From assembly GCF_009914755.1 (NCBI RefSeq), contig NC_060926.1: a DNA stretch of 64,000 bases; one strand, 5' to 3'. The translations under genes were made by a program, and so were the position numbers. Positions 1-13,859 of this stretch are shown here, one piece after another. This DNA is from the human T2T-CHM13v2.0 reference genome, Homo sapiens. Below the pieces are notes generated by a model, which did not search any database, was not told where the DNA came from, and saw nothing but the letters and a program-made list of their open reading frames with translations. The stretch's first letter is position 1; each line of letters begins with the position of its first letter.

Positions 1-59
1 TCATGGGAGAAGTTTGTCATTTGTCTAGCCTCTAATATGCTTTCTACTGACCAGCATCC

Positions 60-470
60 AACCAATAACCCAATGCCATATGTTACAGGCTTTAGTGTAG
101 CAACCCCCATTTCAATATACAATTTGTTTCTCTCAGTGTGGGCTACGTTATGCTGCAGTAACAAATAAGCTGAAATTTGCTGTTTTAACTTTTATTTTTC
201 ATTTACACTATATATTCAACGTGGGTCTAGTCATCATACTCATTCAGGGACCCCAGCTGTCCAAATTCCATCTTAACACAAGTTTCCAAGGTTACTGTGG
301 CCAGTATAAGGCCATAGCAAATGGAACTTTAGTTCTTAAGTTTCCACTCATGTTTTATTAGCGAAAGCAAGTCATGAGTCTTTAGTACTGCACACTGCAA
401 TGCTATCATATGCCCGAAACAAGAAGAACCAACGTATTTGTGAACAGTCTTAATTTAATGACCATCATAG
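60..470 (-). mobile_element. Old MLT1-type (ERVL-MaLR) internal/LTR junction fragment
   Basis: 'gcaacccccatttc...aatttg' junction-like motif followed by 'ggctacgttatgctgcagtaacaaa', typical of reverse MLT1J/K/L; boundaries approximate. Confidence 0.5.
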
Positions 471-865
471 TCACATAGTTCTTTAGTGACTGAGGTAATA
501 TTAAAATTCCTTTCTCTAACTCTGTTTTCTTATCACGTTAATTATCTGTATTAAAGACTATAATGAAACAAATCCAAAAATGTAATACAAAAAGTAGCAG
601 AAATCCTAAAATAATTTCTGTTTAGCATTATATGAATGTTTTGCTGTAGTTACTTCCCTAATAGGGGCTTAAAGAGAGATGCTGCAAAATTCATCATTTT
701 CAACCCTGAATAAAGTATGCAAATGAAATCGTCAAAACCTTTCAGTCTGAAAGTGACTTTCTTCTGTTTTCTGCTACTTCCTTTATCAAAACAGATGGCT
801 ACATTGTGTTACTGTTGGTGTCCACACACCACAACATCTATATCTTCTTATAATGCCTTCCCGGA

Positions 866-3326
866 TAGGGTCACCAGATATAGCAAAGAAAAACATAAGA
901 TACCTAGTTAACTTTAAATCTAGATAAACAACAAATAATTTTTTGTGTATGTTTGTATTAGTCCATTTACATGCTGCTGATAGACATACCTGAGACTGGG
1001 AAGAAAAAGAGGTTTAACTGGACTTACAGTTCCAAATGGCTGGGGAGGCCTCAGAATCATGGCAGGAGGCAAAAGGCACTTCTTACATGGCGGCAGCAAG
1101 AGAAAAATAAAAAAGATGCAAAAGCGGAAACCCCTGATAAAACCATCAGATCTCACGAAACTTACTCACTACCATGAGAACAGTATGGGGGAACTGCCCC
1201 CATGATTCAAATTATCTCCCACTAGGGGCCTCCCACAACACATGGGAATTATGGAAGTACAATTCAAGATGAGATCTGGGTGGGGACACAGAGCCAAACC
1301 ATATCATTCCACCCCTCCAAATCTCATGTCCTCACATTTCAAAACAAATCATGCCTGCCCAACAGTCTCCCAAAGTCTTAACTCATTTCACCATTAACCC
1401 AAATATCCACAGTCCAAAGTCTTATCTGAGACAAGGCAAGTCCCTTCGGCCTATGAGCCTGTAAAGTCAAAAGCAAGCTAGTTACTTCCTAGATACAATG
1501 GGGTACAGGCATTGGGTAAATACAGCCATTCCAAATGGGAGAAATTGGCCAAAACAAAGGGATTACAGAGCCCATGCAAGTCCAAAATCCAGCAGGGCAG
1601 TCAAATTCTAAAGCTCCAAAATGATCTCCCTTGACTCCATGTCTCACATCCAGGTCATCCTGATGCAAGAGGTAGGTTCCCATAGTCTTGGACAGCTCCA
1701 CCCTTGTGGCTTTGCAGGGTAAAGCCCCCGTCCTGGCTGCTTTCCCAGGCTGGCATTGAGTGTCTGCAGATTTTCCAGGTGAATGGCGCAAGCTGTCGGT
1801 GGATCTACCACTCTGGGGTCTGGAGGATAGTGACCCTCTTCTCACAGCTCCTCTAGGCAGTGCCCCAGTAGGGACTCAGTGTCTGGGGGCTGTGACCCCA
1901 CATTTCCCTTCCATGCTATCCTAGCAGAGGTTCTCCATAAGGGCACTGCCCCTGTAGCAAACTTTCACCTGAGCATCCAGGCATTTCCGTACATCTTCTG
2001 AAATCTATGTGGAGGTTCCCAAACCTCAATTCTTGACTTCTGTGTACCTGCAGGCTCAACACCATGTGGAAGCTGCCAAAGTGAGGCTTTCACCCTCTGA
2101 AACTATGGGCCAAGCTGTACCATGGCCCTTTTTAGCAAAGGCTGGAGTGGCTGGGACTCACGACACAAAGTTCCTAGGCTGCACACAGCATGGGGACCCT
2201 GGGCCTAGCCCATGAAACCATTTTTTTATCCTAAACTTCCAGGTCTGTGATGGGAGGGGCTGCCATGAAGACCTATGACATGCCCTGGAGACATTTACCT
2301 CATTGTTTTGGGGATTAATATTCGGCTCCTTGTTACTTACACAGATTTCTGTAGCCAGCTTGAATTTCTCCTCAAAAAATGGGATTTTCTTTTCTATCAC
2401 ATCTTCAGGCTGCAAATTTTCCAAGCTTTTATGCTTTTAACAGCACCCAAGTCACCTCTTGAATGCTTTGCTGGTTAGAAATTTCTTCCGCCAGATACCC
2501 TAACTTAACTCCCTCAAGTTCAAAGTTCCACAAATCTCTAGGGCAGGGGCAAAATGCTCCAGTCACTTTGCTAAAACATAGCAAGAGTCACTTTTGATCC
2601 ATTTCCCAAGTTCCTCATCTCTATCTGAGACCACCTCAGTATGGACCTTATTGTTCATATCACTATCAGCATTTTTGTCAAAGCCATTCAACAAATCTCT
2701 AGGAGTTTTCAAACTTTCCCACATTTTTCCTATCTTCTTCTGAGCCCTCCAAACTGTTCCAGCCTCTGCCTGTTACCCAGTTCCAAAGTCGCTTCTACAT
2801 TTTCGGGTATCTTCTCAGCAACGCCCCAGTCTACCAGTACCAATTTACTGTATTAGTCCATTTTCACACTGCTGATAAAGACCTACCCAAGACTGGGAAG
2901 AAAAAGAGGTTTAATTGGACTTACAGTTCCACATGGCTGGGGAGGCCTCAGAATCACAACAGGAGGCAAAAGGCACTTGTTATATGGCGGCGACAAGAGA
3001 AAAATGAGGAAGATGCAAAAGCAGAAACCCTAATAAAACCATCAGATCTCATGAGACTTATTCACTATCACAAGACTAGCATGGGGGAAACCGCCTCTGT
3101 GATTCATATTATCTCCCACTGGGTCCCTCCCACAACATGTGGGAATTGTGATAGTATGATTCAAGATGAGATTCAGGTGGGGACACACAACAAAACCATA
3201 TCAATGTTCCAAATACTGTATGGAATAAATATGTCCTAAATATTGCATGGCACATAGTTTCACTAAAAGTTATTTTTTCTATACTCAGATTTAACTAGGT
3301 ATCCTGTAATTCATCTGGCCACCCCA
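866..3326. mobile_element. MER53 hAT-type DNA transposon split by a THE1 insertion (866-953 and 3209-3326)
   Basis: Left half 'gggtcaccagatatagcaaagaaaaa...ataaacaacaaataattttttg' and right half 'aaatattgcatggcacatag...atttaactaggtatcctgtaattcatctggccaccc' match the palindromic MER53 consensus. Confidence 0.75.
954..3203 (-). mobile_element. Full-length THE1 (THE1C-like) MaLR provirus: LTR 954-1306, internal 1307-2848, LTR 2849-3203
   Basis: Two homologous LTRs (tgtattagtcc...accatatca) around THE1 internal sequence; 5-bp TSD ATGTT at 949-953 and 3204-3208. Confidence 0.95.
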
Positions 3327-3699
3327 TCCCCAGAGCCAAGTCATCAATGGCACTAACGTAAATTAATTTCATATAAATATTTATACCAAGTGCACCAAAT
3401 TTAAACAAAAATATTTGGTCAATGTAACTTGTCAAGAGCCATAGAAAAACATCTATTTCAAATATCTTTTGACAGGATGGATGGACTGAGTATTTCAAAA
3501 TGTAATTTAGGGATTGAATTATTCTCACCATATCAATGCACTGACAAAACTTATCCGCTGGGTAAGTACTTTTGGAACTGACCTGGGAGTGAGGGCAGGC
3601 ATGTTAATCATGATGTCCTTGATAGGGAATTCTAGTCACAGTAAAGTTCAAAAGGGTTTGCTACCTCTTAATGGAAATGACAAGCAAATTGTTAAAAAA

Positions 3700-5842
3700 A
3701 AAAAAAAAAGAAGATCTGGGTAGCTACACTAGTTGAAGACCTATCAGCAAGAGAATCAGCTTAAAAAGTAGTTGAAGAACAAAAACAAAGTTGCCAGATA
3801 CAAGATCAGCAAGGAAAAATCCATGGTTTTCCAAAAACCATGAATTAGAAAATGTAATAGGAAAAAAATGTCATTTATAATAGCAACTACTATAAAATAG
3901 GAATAAAACTACACAAATATGAGCAAGATACTCATGTACAAAAAACTCTCAGAAATATGTTTTTTAAATGTTAAAACAAAGACCTGAATAGAGAGATATA
4001 CCATGCTCATTAAAATAAAGATGTCAACAGTCTCCAGATATGTTAATTTCAGTGCTTCTAGTGCTTCCAGTGGAAGCACTGATATTAACATATTATTTAG
4101 AGACTGTCAAGTCCAAGGGGAAAATGGAGCCTGCCCAAGGCTTGTAACTTCAACAAAAAGGGTCTTGCATATTCTTGTGCATTTAGTTTTCTCCATGAAG
4201 TTTCGAATCAGTTCATCAAGTTTTGTGAAAAATCATGTTAACATGCTCCATTGTCCCCTTGGACTTGACTTACAAAAAAAAAAAAAATTTAAGTTAAAAT
4301 GATTAGTAATTTCGAGACTGAGAACACAGAGCATTAAACCAAAGGCAGGGCCCTCCCAAGTAAGCGGTCCTGTGAGGACATACTGCTAAATACCTACCAG
4401 CCTTGCTGCACAAAGAGCAGCTTGTCATCTGTCTCCTCACGGGATGTCCACAAAGAAAACACATTCACATCCTGGCATTGAAAGTTCTCAGCAATTGTCC
4501 TAAAGTGGCGGCCTCCAAGGGACAAGCTTCTGCCTATATACACAGAGCTCCCCAAACAGCCTTTTATACTCTCATTCTGAAAGGATAAAAGGATACCTAA
4601 AGATTACTGGTATCTGAAGAAAATTTCCAAAGAAAAGACAAAGATTAAAAAAAAGAAAAGAAAACAAATATGATGCCAGAGGGAAAGAATAATTTAAGGG
4701 AATGAAACAATTTTTTTAAATCTCTGATTATTATCCTCAGAAATCTCAAGATGTTATTTTATCTGTAAAATAGTAAAACATTACTTAAAAAAGAAAAGTC
4801 AGTAGAAAGCTAGAAATTCTTAAATGTTGAAAATATATTGTCAAGTTAGAAAAAAATGAGTGGACAGTTTGAAAATAAAGTCAAGATATATCCCAAGAAG
4901 GAGAATTAAAGGCAGAGAAATGGAAAAAAAAAAAAAAAAGGAACACTTAATTCATATATCTCAAACATCAGACATTCCAATCTAACAGCAATTTTAGGAA
5001 AAAAAAAAAGATAACAGAGACAAATGAAAGAAAAATTATCTAGGAAATAATACAAGAAAATCTCCATGAGACTCCAAATTTGAAAGGCCCATATTAAATG
5101 AAAAAGACCTGTACTCAGGAAAATCTCTGTAAAGTTTTACAATACAAAGAATAAAGATGCTAAAAGCTTTCATGTAGGGTTTTTTTCTTTTAAAAAAAAA
5201 AGGTCACTGACATTGAAATAAGCTGATTGTCTTTAGATTGCTTGGAACAGAATACAACATGCCTTCATTACTGCAAGGGAAAATAATTTTCAAACTTGAA
5301 TTTTTATGCAAACACATTAACAATTAAATTTGAGGATAAATATATTTTTGTGCGTGTCCAGAAAATTTACCCTTCACATACCATTTCTTAGTAAGTTACT
5401 TGAACATATCTTGGAGCAAAACTATATGGGAATAAGAAATAAGAGGAAGATACTACAGAAGCAGTAAAATGTCCCAGGATAAAAGCTGGGTGACAGGCCT
5501 GGAGAACAATAGTTCTTACTGGAACAACAGAATGGATGGCCCTGAGCAGAAAATTTCTGGGAAAGAAGAATCCAAAAATATTTTATTGAAAGGGGTTTTT
5601 TTAAAAAATATAGAGAGAGAATATAAAGGCAAATAATGTAAGAAAACAAGAACAATAAGAAACAAAAACTGAAAGTTTTATTTTAAAAGTATATATAATA
5701 TACTTTGTATACAGAATGTCTGTGTAGTCATAATAATGTAAATGCCATGTGTTGATTTTTCCATGTTTAGATTCAGCTTGTAAATGAAGCACATATTCCA
5801 ACTCAACATTTTACAGGGTATGGATTATAATAAAATAAATTG
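3700..5842 (+). mobile_element. Highly decayed ancient L1 (L1M/L1ME) fragments, with a short reverse piece near 4140-4230
   Basis: A-rich degenerate L1 ORF2-like motifs (gttgccagatacaagatcag, ataccatgctca) and ORF1-like motifs; old L1 sequence resumes after 11793. Confidence 0.55.
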
Positions 5843-6646
5843 GAAGAGTGGAAAGGCCACTGGTGTTCTCCAGCTGACAGATATTTGAATTCTCCCCGGG
5901 ACAGAGTTCCCAGGGGGAGGTGTGGACCACCAACTTTGCTGTTTGGGCAACTCAGATGCTTCAGCCTACAGGCTTTGGAGAGTCCAAACCAACCAGGGGT
6001 GAAAGCGATGCCCCAGCACAGCACAACTGCTCTACCAAAACATAGCCAGACTGCTTCTTTAAGTGGGTCCCCAATCCATTCCTCCTCACTGGGCAGGACC
6101 TCCCAACTGGGGCCTCCAGCCACCCCTGCCGGTATTCTCTGACCAACAGAGATTTGAAAACTTCCTAAGACAGAGCTCCCAGATGGAGGGGCAGGCCACC
6201 ATATTTGCCATTAGGGTGGCGTAGTCGTTCCAGCCTTTGGGCTTTGGAGAGCCCAAGCCAACCGGGGGTAAAAGCAGTACCCCAGCACAGCACAGCTGCT
6301 CTACAAAAGCGTTGCCAGACTGCGTTTTTAAAGGGTCCCCAATCCCACTCCTCCTGACTGGGTGAGACATCCCAAGCAGGGTCTCTAGGCACTTCACACA
6401 GTTGCCTTCAGGATGACAACAGATCATTACCTCCTGGGATGGAGCTCTCAGAGGAAGGGGCAGGCTGTTTCACAGACCTCACTGTGATACCTCCAGGTAC
6501 TGGAAAATCTGAGGCAACTAGACTGCAATGGGCCCCCAGCAAACCACAGTAGCCCTACACAAAAGTGGCCAGCATTTTAAAAGGAAACAAGAAAGAAATT
6601 CAAAGGTCAGCAGCCTCAAAGATTGAAGGTAGATAAGCCCACAAAG

Positions 6647-7700
6647 ATGCGAAAGTGAGAAAGAATCTGCACAAGAATGCTGAAAACTCAAAAAGCCAGA
6701 GTGCCCTCTTTCTTCCAAACACTGCATCACCTCTCTATCAAGTGTTCAGCACTAGGCTGAGGCCGAAATGGCTGAAATGACAGAAATAGAATTCAGAATA
6801 TGGACAAGAACAAACTTCACTGAGCTAAAGGAGTACATCGTAACCCAATGCAAGGAAGATAAAAATTATGATAGAACATTACAGGAGCTGAGAGACAAAA
6901 TAGCCACTATAGGGAAGAATGTAAGTGACCTGATAGAGCTGAAAAACACACTACAAGAACTTCACAATGCAATCACAAGTATTAGCAGCAGAACAAACCA
7001 AGCAGAGAAAAGAATCTCAGAGCTTAAAGGCTGTCTTTCTGAAATAAGACAGGCAGACCAGAAGAGAGAAAAAGGAATGCAAAGGAAAGAACAAAATCAC
7101 TGAGAAATATGGGATTATGTAAAGAAACTGAATCTATGACTCATCGGTGTACCTGAAAGAGATGGGGAGAGTGGAAACAATTTGGAAAACATGTTTCAGG
7201 ATGTTATTCATCAGAACTTCCCTAACCTAGCTAAACAGGACAACATTCAGGAAATGCAGGGAACCCCAGTACGATACTCTATGAGAAGATCATCATCCCT
7301 ACACAAGAAGATCATCCCCAAGACACATAACCATAAGATTCGCCAAGGTCAAAATGGAAGAAACAATGTCAAGGGCAGCTAGAGAGAAAGGCCAGGTCAC
7401 CTACAAAGGAAAGCCTATCAGACTAACAGTGGACCTTGCAGCAGAAACCCTGCAAGCTAGAAGAGATTGGAGATCAATATTCAACATTCTTAAAGAAAAA
7501 AAATTCCGACCTAGAATTTCATATCTGGCCAAACTAAGCCTCATAATTGAAGGAAAAATATGATCCTTTTCAAAGAAGTAAATGCTGAGGGAATTCATTA
7601 CCACCAGATGCGCCTTACAAGAGCTCCTGATAGAAGCACTAAATATGGAAAGAAAAGATGATTGCTGCCACTACAAAAACACACTGAAGTATACAGACCA
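6647..7700 (+). pseudogene. Disrupted L1 ORF1p
   Basis: Coiled-coil, RRM and CTD peptides in different frames with stops. Confidence 0.85.
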
Positions 7701-7754
7701 GTGACACTGTGAAGCAACCACATAAACAAGTCTGCAAAATAACCAGCTAATATC

Positions 7755-10700
7755 ATGATGACAGGATCAAATCCACACATATCAATACTAACCTTAAATG
7801 TACATGGGATAAATGTCCCCAATTAAAAGATACAGAGTGGCAAGTTGGATACAGAACCAAGACCCATTGGTAGGCTGGCTTCAAAAGACCCACCTCACAT
7901 GCAATGACACACATAAACTCAAAATAAAGCAGTGAAGAAAAATCTACCAAGCAAATGGAAAACGGAAAAAGGCAGGGGTTGCAACACATCTGACAAAACA
8001 GATTTCAAACCAACAAAGATGAAAAAAGACAGAGAAGGGCACTGCATAATAATAAAGGGTTCAGTTCAACAAGAAGATCTAATGATCCTAAATATATATG
8101 CACCCAACACAGGAGCACCCGGATTCATAAAGCAAGTTCTTAGAGACCCTCAAACAGACTTAGACTCCCACACAATAAGACTGGGAGACTTTCACACCCC
8201 ACTGACAATATTGGACAGATCATCAAGACAGAAAATTAGCAAAGATATTCAGGACGTGAACTCAGCACTGGATCAATTAACCTGATACATATCTACAGAA
8301 CTCTCGACCCAAAACCAACAGAATATACATTCTTCTCATTGCCACATGGCACTTACTCTAAAATTGATCACAAAATCAGAAGTAAAACACTCCTCAGCAA
8401 ATGCAAAAGAACTGGAATTATAAAAAACAGTCTCTCAGACCACAGCCCAATCAAATTAGAAATCATGACTAAGAAATCCACTCAAAACCATACAATTACA
8501 TGGAAATCAAATAACCTTCTCCTGAATGACTTTTGGGTAAATGATGAAATTAAGGCAGAACTCAAGAAGTTCTTTGAAACTAGTAAGAACAAAGATACAA
8601 TGTACCATCATCTCTGAAACACAGGGAAGGCAGTATTAAGAGGGAAATTTATAGTACTAAATGCCCACATCAAAAAGTTAGAAAGATCTCAAGTAAACAA
8701 CCTAACATTGCTACTAGAAGAACTAGAGAACCAAGAGCAACTAAATCCCAAAGCTTGGCAGAAGAAAAGAAATAACCAAGATCAGATCTGAACTGGAGGA
8801 GATAAGAGAAATGAAAATCATTCAAAAGATCGATAATGACAGAAGCTCATTTGCTGAAAACATTAATAAAATAGACCACTAGCTAAAGTAACAAAGAAAT
8901 GAGAGAAGATTCAAATAAACACCATCAGAAATGATAAGGGGGACATTACCACTTACCCCACAGAAATACAAACAACCATCAGAATATTATGAACACCTCT
9001 ATACACATAAACTAGAAAATCTAGAAGAAATAGATCAATTCCTGGGCACATATATCCTCCCAAGACTGAACTAGAAAGAAATTGAGCAGACCAATAACGA
9101 GTTCTGAAATTAAGGCAATAAATAGCCTACCAACGAGAAAATGCCCAGGACCAGATGAATTCACAACTGAATTCTACGAGATGTACAAAGAAGAGCTGGT
9201 ACCAATTCCTGCTAAGACTATTCCAAAAAATTGAAAAGAAGGAATGCTCCCTAACTCATTCTATGAGGCCAGCATCATCCTGATACCAAAACCTGGCAGA
9301 GATACAACATAAAAAGAAAACTTCATGCCAATATCCTTGATGAACATCAATGCAAAAATCCTCAACAAATATTGGCAAACTGAATCCAGCAGCACATCAC
9401 AAAGCTTATCCCCCACAATCAAGTAGGCTTCATCCCAAGGATGCAAGGTTGGTTTAACACACACAAATCAATAAATGTGATTCATCATGTAAACAGAAAT
9501 AAAGACAAACATCGCATGATTATCTCAATAGAAGCAGAAAAAGGCTTTTGATAAAATTCAACATCCATCCATGCTAAAAACTCTGAATAAACTAGGTATG
9601 GAAGGAACATACCTCAACATAATAAGAGCCATCTATGACAAACCCACAGTCCACATCATAATGAATGAGCAAAAGCTGGAAGCATTCCCCTTGAAAATTG
9701 GCACAAGACAAGAATGCCCTCTCTCTCCACTCCTATTCAACATATTATTGGAAGTTCTGGCCTGGGCAATCAGGCAAGAGAAAGAAATAATGCGTATTCA
9801 AATAGGTAGAGAGGAAGTCAGGCTATCCCTGTTTGCAGATGACATGATCCTATGTCTAGAAAACCCTATCGACCCAGCCCAAAAGCTTCTTAAGCTGATA
9901 ACTTCAGCAAAGGCTCAAGATACAAAATCAGTGTGCAAAAATTACTAACATTCCTACATACCAACAGTCAAGCCAAGAGCCAAATCATGAACAAAACTTC
10001 CATTTACAACAACCAAGAAAAGAATAAAATATCTAGGAATATAGTTAACTAGGGAGGTGAAACATTTGTACAAGGAGAACACAAAACACTGCTCAAAGAA
10101 ATTAGAGATGACACAAATAGAAAACTATTTCATGCTCATGGATAGGAAGAATCAATATTGTGAAAATGGCCATACCTCCCAAAGCAATTTATAGATTCAT
10201 GGTATTCCCATTATACTACCATTAACGTTCTTCACAGGTCTAGAAAAAAAAAAACTGTTTTAAAATTCATATGGAACCAAAAAAAGAGCACAAATAGCCA
10301 GGGCAATCCTAAGCAAAAAGGACAAAACCGTAGGCATCACGCTACCTGACTTCAAACTATACTACAGGGCAACAGTAGCCAAAACAGTGTGGTATAAGAA
10401 CAGACACACAGAACAATAGAACAGAACAGAGAACCTAGAAATAAGACTGCACACCTACAACTATCTGGTCTTCAACAAACCTGAGAAAAACAAGCAATGG
10501 GGAAAGTACTCCCTATTCAATAAATGGTACTGAAAGAACTAGCTAACCATATGCAGAAAATTGAAACCGGACACCTTCCTTACACCATATGCAAAAATTA
10601 ACTCAAGATGGATTAAAGACTTAAATGTAAAACCCAAAACTATAAAAACTCTGGAAGAAAACCTAGGCAATACCATTCTGGACATAGGCATAGGCAAAGA

Positions 10701-11560
10701 TTTCATGATGAAGACACCAATAGCAGTTGCAACAAAAGCAAAAATTGACAAATGGCATCTAATTAAAGAGCTTCTGCACAACAAAAGAAACTATCAACAG
10801 AGTAAACAGACAACGTACAGCATGGGAGAAACTTTTGCAAACCATGCAGCTGACAAAGGTCTCAGATCCAGCATCTATAAGGAACTTAAATTTACAAAGA
10901 AAAAAACAAATGACCCCATAAAAAAGTGGGCAAAGGACATTAACGCTTTTCAAAAGAAGACATACATGTGGCCAACAATCACATGGAAAAAAGCTGAACA
11001 TCACTGATAATTAAAGAAATGCAAATCAAAACCACAATGAGGTACGATCTAACACCAGTCAGAATGGCTATTATTAAAAAGTCAAAAAATAACAGATGCT
11101 GGCATGGTTGTGAAGAAAAGGAATGTTTATACACTGTTGGTGTGAGTGTAAATCAGTTCAACCATTGTGAAAGACAGTGTGGTGATTCTTCAAAGACCTA
11201 AAGACATAAATTCCATTACTGGGTATGTATCTAAAGGAATACAAATCATTCTATTATAAACACACATGCATGCATGTTTATTGCATCACTATTCACAATA
11301 GGAAAGAATCAACCTAAATGTGCATGCTAATGGCTTAAATGTGCATACTAATAGAATCAACCTAAATGTCTATCAATAATAGACTAGATTAAGAAAATGT
11401 GGTACATATATACCACAGAATACTATGCAGCCATAAAAAAAGAACAAGATCATCTCTTTTGCAGAGATATGGATGGAGTGAAGCCAATAACCTTAGCAAA
11501 CTAATGCAGGAATAGAAAACCAAATACCAGATGTTCTCACTTATAAGTGGGAGTTAAATG
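7755..11560 (+). pseudogene. Disrupted L1 ORF2p (endonuclease/reverse transcriptase)
   Basis: Starts atgatgacaggatcaaat; motifs [32 protein letters not shown]; many frameshifts and stops. Confidence 0.9.
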
Positions 11561-13859
11561 ATTAGAACACATGGACACATCGAGGGGAACAACACACACT
11601 AGGGCCTTTTGGAGAGTGTTATGTCAGAGGAGGGAGAGAGGATCAGGAAAAACAACTAATGGGTACCAGGCTTAATACCTGGGTGATAAAATAATCTGTA
11701 CAACAAACCTCCATGCTGTAAGTTTACCAATGTAACAAACCTGCACATGGACCCCTGAACTTAAAATAAAAGTTAAAAAGAAGAGTGGAAAGGAAAGCTA
11801 AAAAGAGGGGCACATCACCATCATACAAAGTTTACAAGGAGTCCAGATATAATATATATAGTTGATGAGACAAGAAGTTTAATTACTTAAATTATATTTA
11901 CAAACACAGCCAAGAGAGAAACTTAATGGAATGTTAGGATCATATTGGGGAAAGATTGGGAGGAAAGGCAGCGATGGTGTCAGCAAGGGTAATCATGTTT
12001 CACCAAGCAGGAAGTCAATATAGTATCTGACATTAATAACTCATTAATAATTATATGGGTATATATATTATTTAAATATCTGGAGATCATAACCACAGGC
12101 AACTACTCAGAGGGGTTGCCTTTGAGTCATGGGAATGGAGCTGGTAGCCATGGTGCAGAAAACTCCATGGCATTTTGTTATAAGATTTTATTTTTTCTGG
12201 AATTTTAATCAAGGAAATTTGTTGCTTTAATACAAATATACTAAGAGAAAAAGAAAATGAAATGGGGGAAATATTGAAGTAGATTTGAAAGTACCAGTAT
12301 CAGAAATATGTAAGACATAGTATTGAATAATAAATGCATGTTAGAGGCAGGCACTTGTGAAATGATTCCATTTATGTTGAAATCCCCCCAAAAAATAAGC
12401 AAACAAAAACCCCACAATATAACACGGTAAAACATGTATGGGTGTGTATATGTATGTGTGTGTGTATATATGTATATTTACTTATATACACATAGATATA
12501 TACATATTATATATGTATTTAAAATGCATTAAAAACCATCTGGAAGTGTCCACATCAAACCACTAACGAGTGTTACCTCTGAAGAACAGATGGATACTTG
12601 AGGTTCATCAGAAATGTTGTAATATTTTACAAAGGAAGTAAACGCATGTATTAACTTGTAATTAAAAGTAAATGTTAAAAAAATAATACCAGCAATCGTG
12701 ATAAGGTTGGTAAGTCCTGGTTAGTGTGTAAGGTTTGACTAGCTTTGATCCAATTTCCTTTTTCATCTCTGCAGTATTACAAAAACATTAGCTGATAAAC
12801 AGATACTACCTATTGATACTGAAGACACTTTCTTATCTTAAAAAAAATCAATAGCTCCTTCAATAGCTCTTGCAATATCCTTGAATGATTTGGGTTTCTC
12901 TGTCTGATCATGTGAGTGCTGTTTGGGGAAGGATGCACACAATTTGCTCTGCTTTAATTTGTTTATCTATTGAATGTGGTTTAATTATAATTATCCAGCG
13001 GCCATTAGCATGCACTTTTATGTAGAGAGGAAAGGCAAACTTAAATGTGCACTATCTGAATATCACTGTTTATTACATTTACCAGTGGGTAAAATAACTT
13101 TACAACCTTTGCAAGAGTTTAGAGATGCAAATGAAAACATTCAAGCTCCCTTTGTACTAGCATTGTGGATAGAGATGAGTATCATGAGCATTTCGGAAAC
13201 TTAAATCAATGAAGCAAAGTATTCAAAAGACACACTTGCAAGGAGGTGAAGCAGGTGGTTGCCTTTAGGGCTCCCTTTTCCTGGGTATCCCAGTATGACA
13301 CCTATTTCAAATGTTTCATCCTGTTGTCTCTATGGGCCATGAAAGTACTCATTGAAATTCAAACAAGGTAGGATGCAAACAAGATCACATGTGGTAATCA
13401 TACTTTCTGAATCACTGACACAACAGATACTGTTTGCCAGGGTCCAATTCCTAGACATGAAATGGGTTTTCTGCTAAGGTACCAGTTATGGGAGGGCAGC
13501 AGGGCAAATTCACATCATATGTGAGAGTTGTTAAGTTTCTGGACAAACGTCAGACTCCCCAGATTATATATCCAGAAATTAGGTCATGGGAGGCAAGGAA
13601 GAAGCAGGAATGTGACAGTATTGTCATCCTATCCCATTAGTCTCCCCCTGCCCTGACAACCAGGAGTACAATTCCTGGGGGCAACAGAATGTGACAGCCT
13701 GGAATGTATAGCTTGAGTTTGTTGTAAAATAGAAGTGAGTAGATTCACCTCCCTACCAACCTCTGAACTACAGTTAAAAAAAAAAAAAAAAAAAAAAAAG
13801 CTGATGCAATGGCCTCTAGTTGGTTCCTTCTTCCACTTGATTTCCATTTGAAATTTTTA

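Larger units (their letters stand above)
5857..11779 (+). mobile_element. Near full-length dead L1 (L1PA13-like) with part of the 5'UTR, ORF1, ORF2 and 3'UTR
   Basis: ORF1 fragments (6768-7103, 7354-7563 'KGKPIRLTVDL'), ORF2 endonuclease, RT and C-terminal fragments (7932-8617, 9571-9948 'LFADDMIL', 10561-11201), older L1PA 3' end; 14-bp TSD GAAGAGTGGAAAGG at 5843-5856 and 11780-11793. Confidence 0.95.
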
